A stretch of DNA of 32,000 nt from positions 300,001-332,000 of the forward strand of contig NC_016803.1 of the NCBI RefSeq assembly GCF_000189295.2, written 5' to 3'. A program made the translations under genes and the position numbers. Numbering within the stretch: position 1 is the first letter of the stretch; every line of letters starts with the position of its first letter. A model generated the notes under the pieces. The model was given only the letters and a program-made list of their open reading frames with translations, was not told where the DNA came from and did not search any database. This DNA comes from Pseudodesulfovibrio mercurii. GTDB lineage: Bacteria; Desulfobacterota; Desulfovibrionia; Desulfovibrionales; Desulfovibrionaceae. Shown here piece after piece: positions 30,426-32,000 of this stretch.

Positions 30426-31730
30426 CTAGTCCTTCTGACGGTTGTCGATGATGCGCTTGGCCTTGCCCAGGGACCGTTCGATGGACTTGGGCTCGACCAG
30501 TTTGACCTTGGCGGTGACGCCCAGGAATTCCTTAATGTTCTTCATTACCTTTGATTCCACACGCTGTAAACTCTTGATCTCGTCCGAGAACAGGGACTCG
30601 TTGACTTCCACCCGGACCTCCAGGGTGTCGAGGTTGCCCTGGCGTTCGACGATGAGCTGGTAGTGCGGGGTCAGCCCCTCGGTGTCGATGAGGATGGACT
30701 CGATCTGGGACGGGAACACGTTGACGCCCCGGATGATGAGCATGTCGTCGGACCGGCCGGTGACGCGCTTCATGCGCACGGTGGTGCGGCCGCACTTGCA
30801 CGGCGTGTAGTTCAGGGTGGTCAGGTCGCGGGTGCGGTAGCGGATGAGCGGGATGCCTTCCTTGGTCAGGGTGGTGAAGACCAGCTCGCCTTCCTCGCCC
30901 GGGCCCACGGGTTCGCCGCTGACCGGGTCGATGGTCTCGGCCAGGAAGTGGTCCTCCTGGATGTGCAGGCCGTCCTGGGCGGCGGCGCACTCGATGGCCA
31001 CGCCGGGGCCCATGACCTCGGACAGGCCGTAGATGTCGATGGCCGTGATGCCGAGCTTCTTCTCGATATCCGCGCGCATCTCGTTGGTCCAGGGCTCGGC
31101 CCCGAAGATGCCGATGCGCAGGGGCAGATCGCGGATGTCGATGCCCATCTCCAGGCCGGTCTCGGCCAGGAACAGGGCGTAGGACGGGGTGCAGCAGATG
31201 ACGTCCGGGGCGAAGTCCTTGAGCAGGGTGACCTGCCTGCGGGTGGAGCCGCCGGACACGGGCACCACGGTGGCGCCCAGGGCCTCGGCCCCGTAGTGCG
31301 CGCCCAGGCCGCCCGTGAACAGGCCGTAGCCGTAGGCGTTGTGCACGGTGTCCGCGGCGGACGCGCCGGCGGCCATCATGCACCGGGCCACGAGTTCGCC
31401 CCAGTTCTCGATGTCGCGCTTGGTGTAGCCGACCACGGTGGCCGTGCCCGTGGTTCCGGAGGAGGAGTGAATGCGGACGATCTGGTCCTTGGGCACGGCG
31501 AACATGCCGAAGGGATACTGGTCGCGGAGGTCCTGCTTGACCGTGAACGGCAGCAGGGTGATGTCCTTCAGGCTCTTGATGTCCTGGGGCTTGACGCCCT
31601 TTTCGTCAAATTTTTTCTTGTAGAACGGGACGTTGGCATAAACCCGTTCGCACAGGGATTTGAGCCTGCGCAGCTGGAGCGCTTCCATTTCCTCCCTGGG
31701 CAGGGTCTCGTTCTTCACGTCGTAGATCAT
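30426..31730 (-). CDS. paaK: Phenylacetate--CoA ligase family protein (PaaK-like adenylate-forming enzyme)
   Basis: ATG 31730 is preceded by AAGGAGG (8-nt spacing). The protein is 434 aa with the AMP-binding motif [43 protein letters not shown] and a C-terminal lid domain. The upstream ORF extension to 31889 is rejected. Confidence 0.9.
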   Translation of the reverse strand: MIYDVKNETLPREEMEALQLRRLKSLCERVYANVPFYKKKFDEKGVKPQDIKSLKDITLLPFTVKQDLRDQYPFGMFAVPKDQIVRIHSSSGTTGTATVVGYTKRDIENWGELVARCMMAAGASAADTVHNAYGYGLFTGGLGAHYGAEALGATVVPVSGGSTRRQVTLLKDFAPDVICCTPSYALFLAETGLEMGIDIRDLPLRIGIFGAEPWTNEMRADIEKKLGITAIDIYGLSEVMGPGVAIECAAAQDGLHIQEDHFLAETIDPVSGEPVGPGEEGELVFTTLTKEGIPLIRYRTRDLTTLNYTPCKCGRTTVRMKRVTGRSDDMLIIRGVNVFPSQIESILIDTEGLTPHYQLIVERQGNLDTLEVRVEVNESLFSDEIKSLQRVESKVMKNIKEFLGVTAKVKLVEPKSIERSLGKAKRIIDNRQKD

Positions 31731-31777
31731 CCCTTCATCCTCCTTGGGCGGCCTGTTATCGGCCATGGTGTGCATAT

Positions 31778-31807
31778 GAAAAAACCACGGGTCTTCGAGA
31801 GCCCGTG
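31778..31807 (-). terminator. Terminator-like hairpin plus U-tract upstream of paaK (end of an upstream gene, or a leader attenuator)
   Basis: The minus strand reads CCACGGG-CTCTCGAAGA-CCCGTGG followed by TTTTTT. The U-tract ends 47 nt before the paaK start codon. Confidence 0.55.
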
Positions 31808-32000
31808 GTCCGCTTGAGCGCCATCCCTGCGCCGTTCCATAAGCCACGAGCCTCCTACAAGGAGCCCGTAAACCAGAAAAAGCGCGCAAATAGGAATTGT
31901 TGCATAGACCGAACAGTGCCCCATGTCGTGTGTAGCGTCAAGGGGTTTGTGGGCCGGGGGCGGTCCGCGCGTCCTTGTTCTTCGGGCCGCCGCTGTTGCG

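Noticed and set aside
31875-31960. Sigma54-like GGCAC and TTGACG elements on the minus strand far upstream of paaK.
   Set aside because: The GG-to-GC spacing does not fit TGGCAC-N5-TTGC, and no matching -10 follows TTGACG at 16-18 nt.

Overview
High-GC (~63-65%), densely coding chromosomal segment. The gene content looks like a sulfate-reducing deltaproteobacterium (Desulfovibrionaceae-like), but that assignment is inference only. Most of the window is housekeeping: fbp (5'-truncated) and tsaD; trxA-trxB-bamD, an unknown protein, an EF-G paralog and a DUF2062 protein; crcB-DUF190 (minus strand); a CYTH protein; the N-degron cluster clpS-clpA-aat; uvrB; an RCK-gated 2TM cation channel; ligA-dapB; cls (minus); a MATE exporter; a CPBP protease plus an orphan Hpt protein (minus); an orphan periplasmic binding protein; and paaK plus an ACT protein (minus). 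I saw no tRNA or rRNA genes, CRISPR arrays, IS elements or integrases. The most interesting locus is a three-gene chemosensory module at 7398-12972. Its MCP has no periplasmic domain but carries a cytoplasmic PAS domain and a complete H-NOX (heme-NO/O2 binding) domain fused after the signalling hairpin. Its CheA carries an MshEN/T2SSE_N-like double motif where the P2 domain normally sits. CheB is the only receiver protein nearby, and no cheW, cheY or cheR is in the window. Other points worth checking: a K+-channel homolog whose filter reads TVGFM instead of TVG(Y/F)G; a pair of diverged, inverted ~90-105 nt GC-rich hairpin repeat elements with G-quadruplex-prone tracts between dapB and cls; crcB with no room for a fluoride riboswitch; and a terminator-like hairpin in the paaK leader. 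The many long antisense or alternate-frame ORFs in the track are treated as high-GC artefacts. All homology calls rest on reading motifs by eye, and no database search was run.
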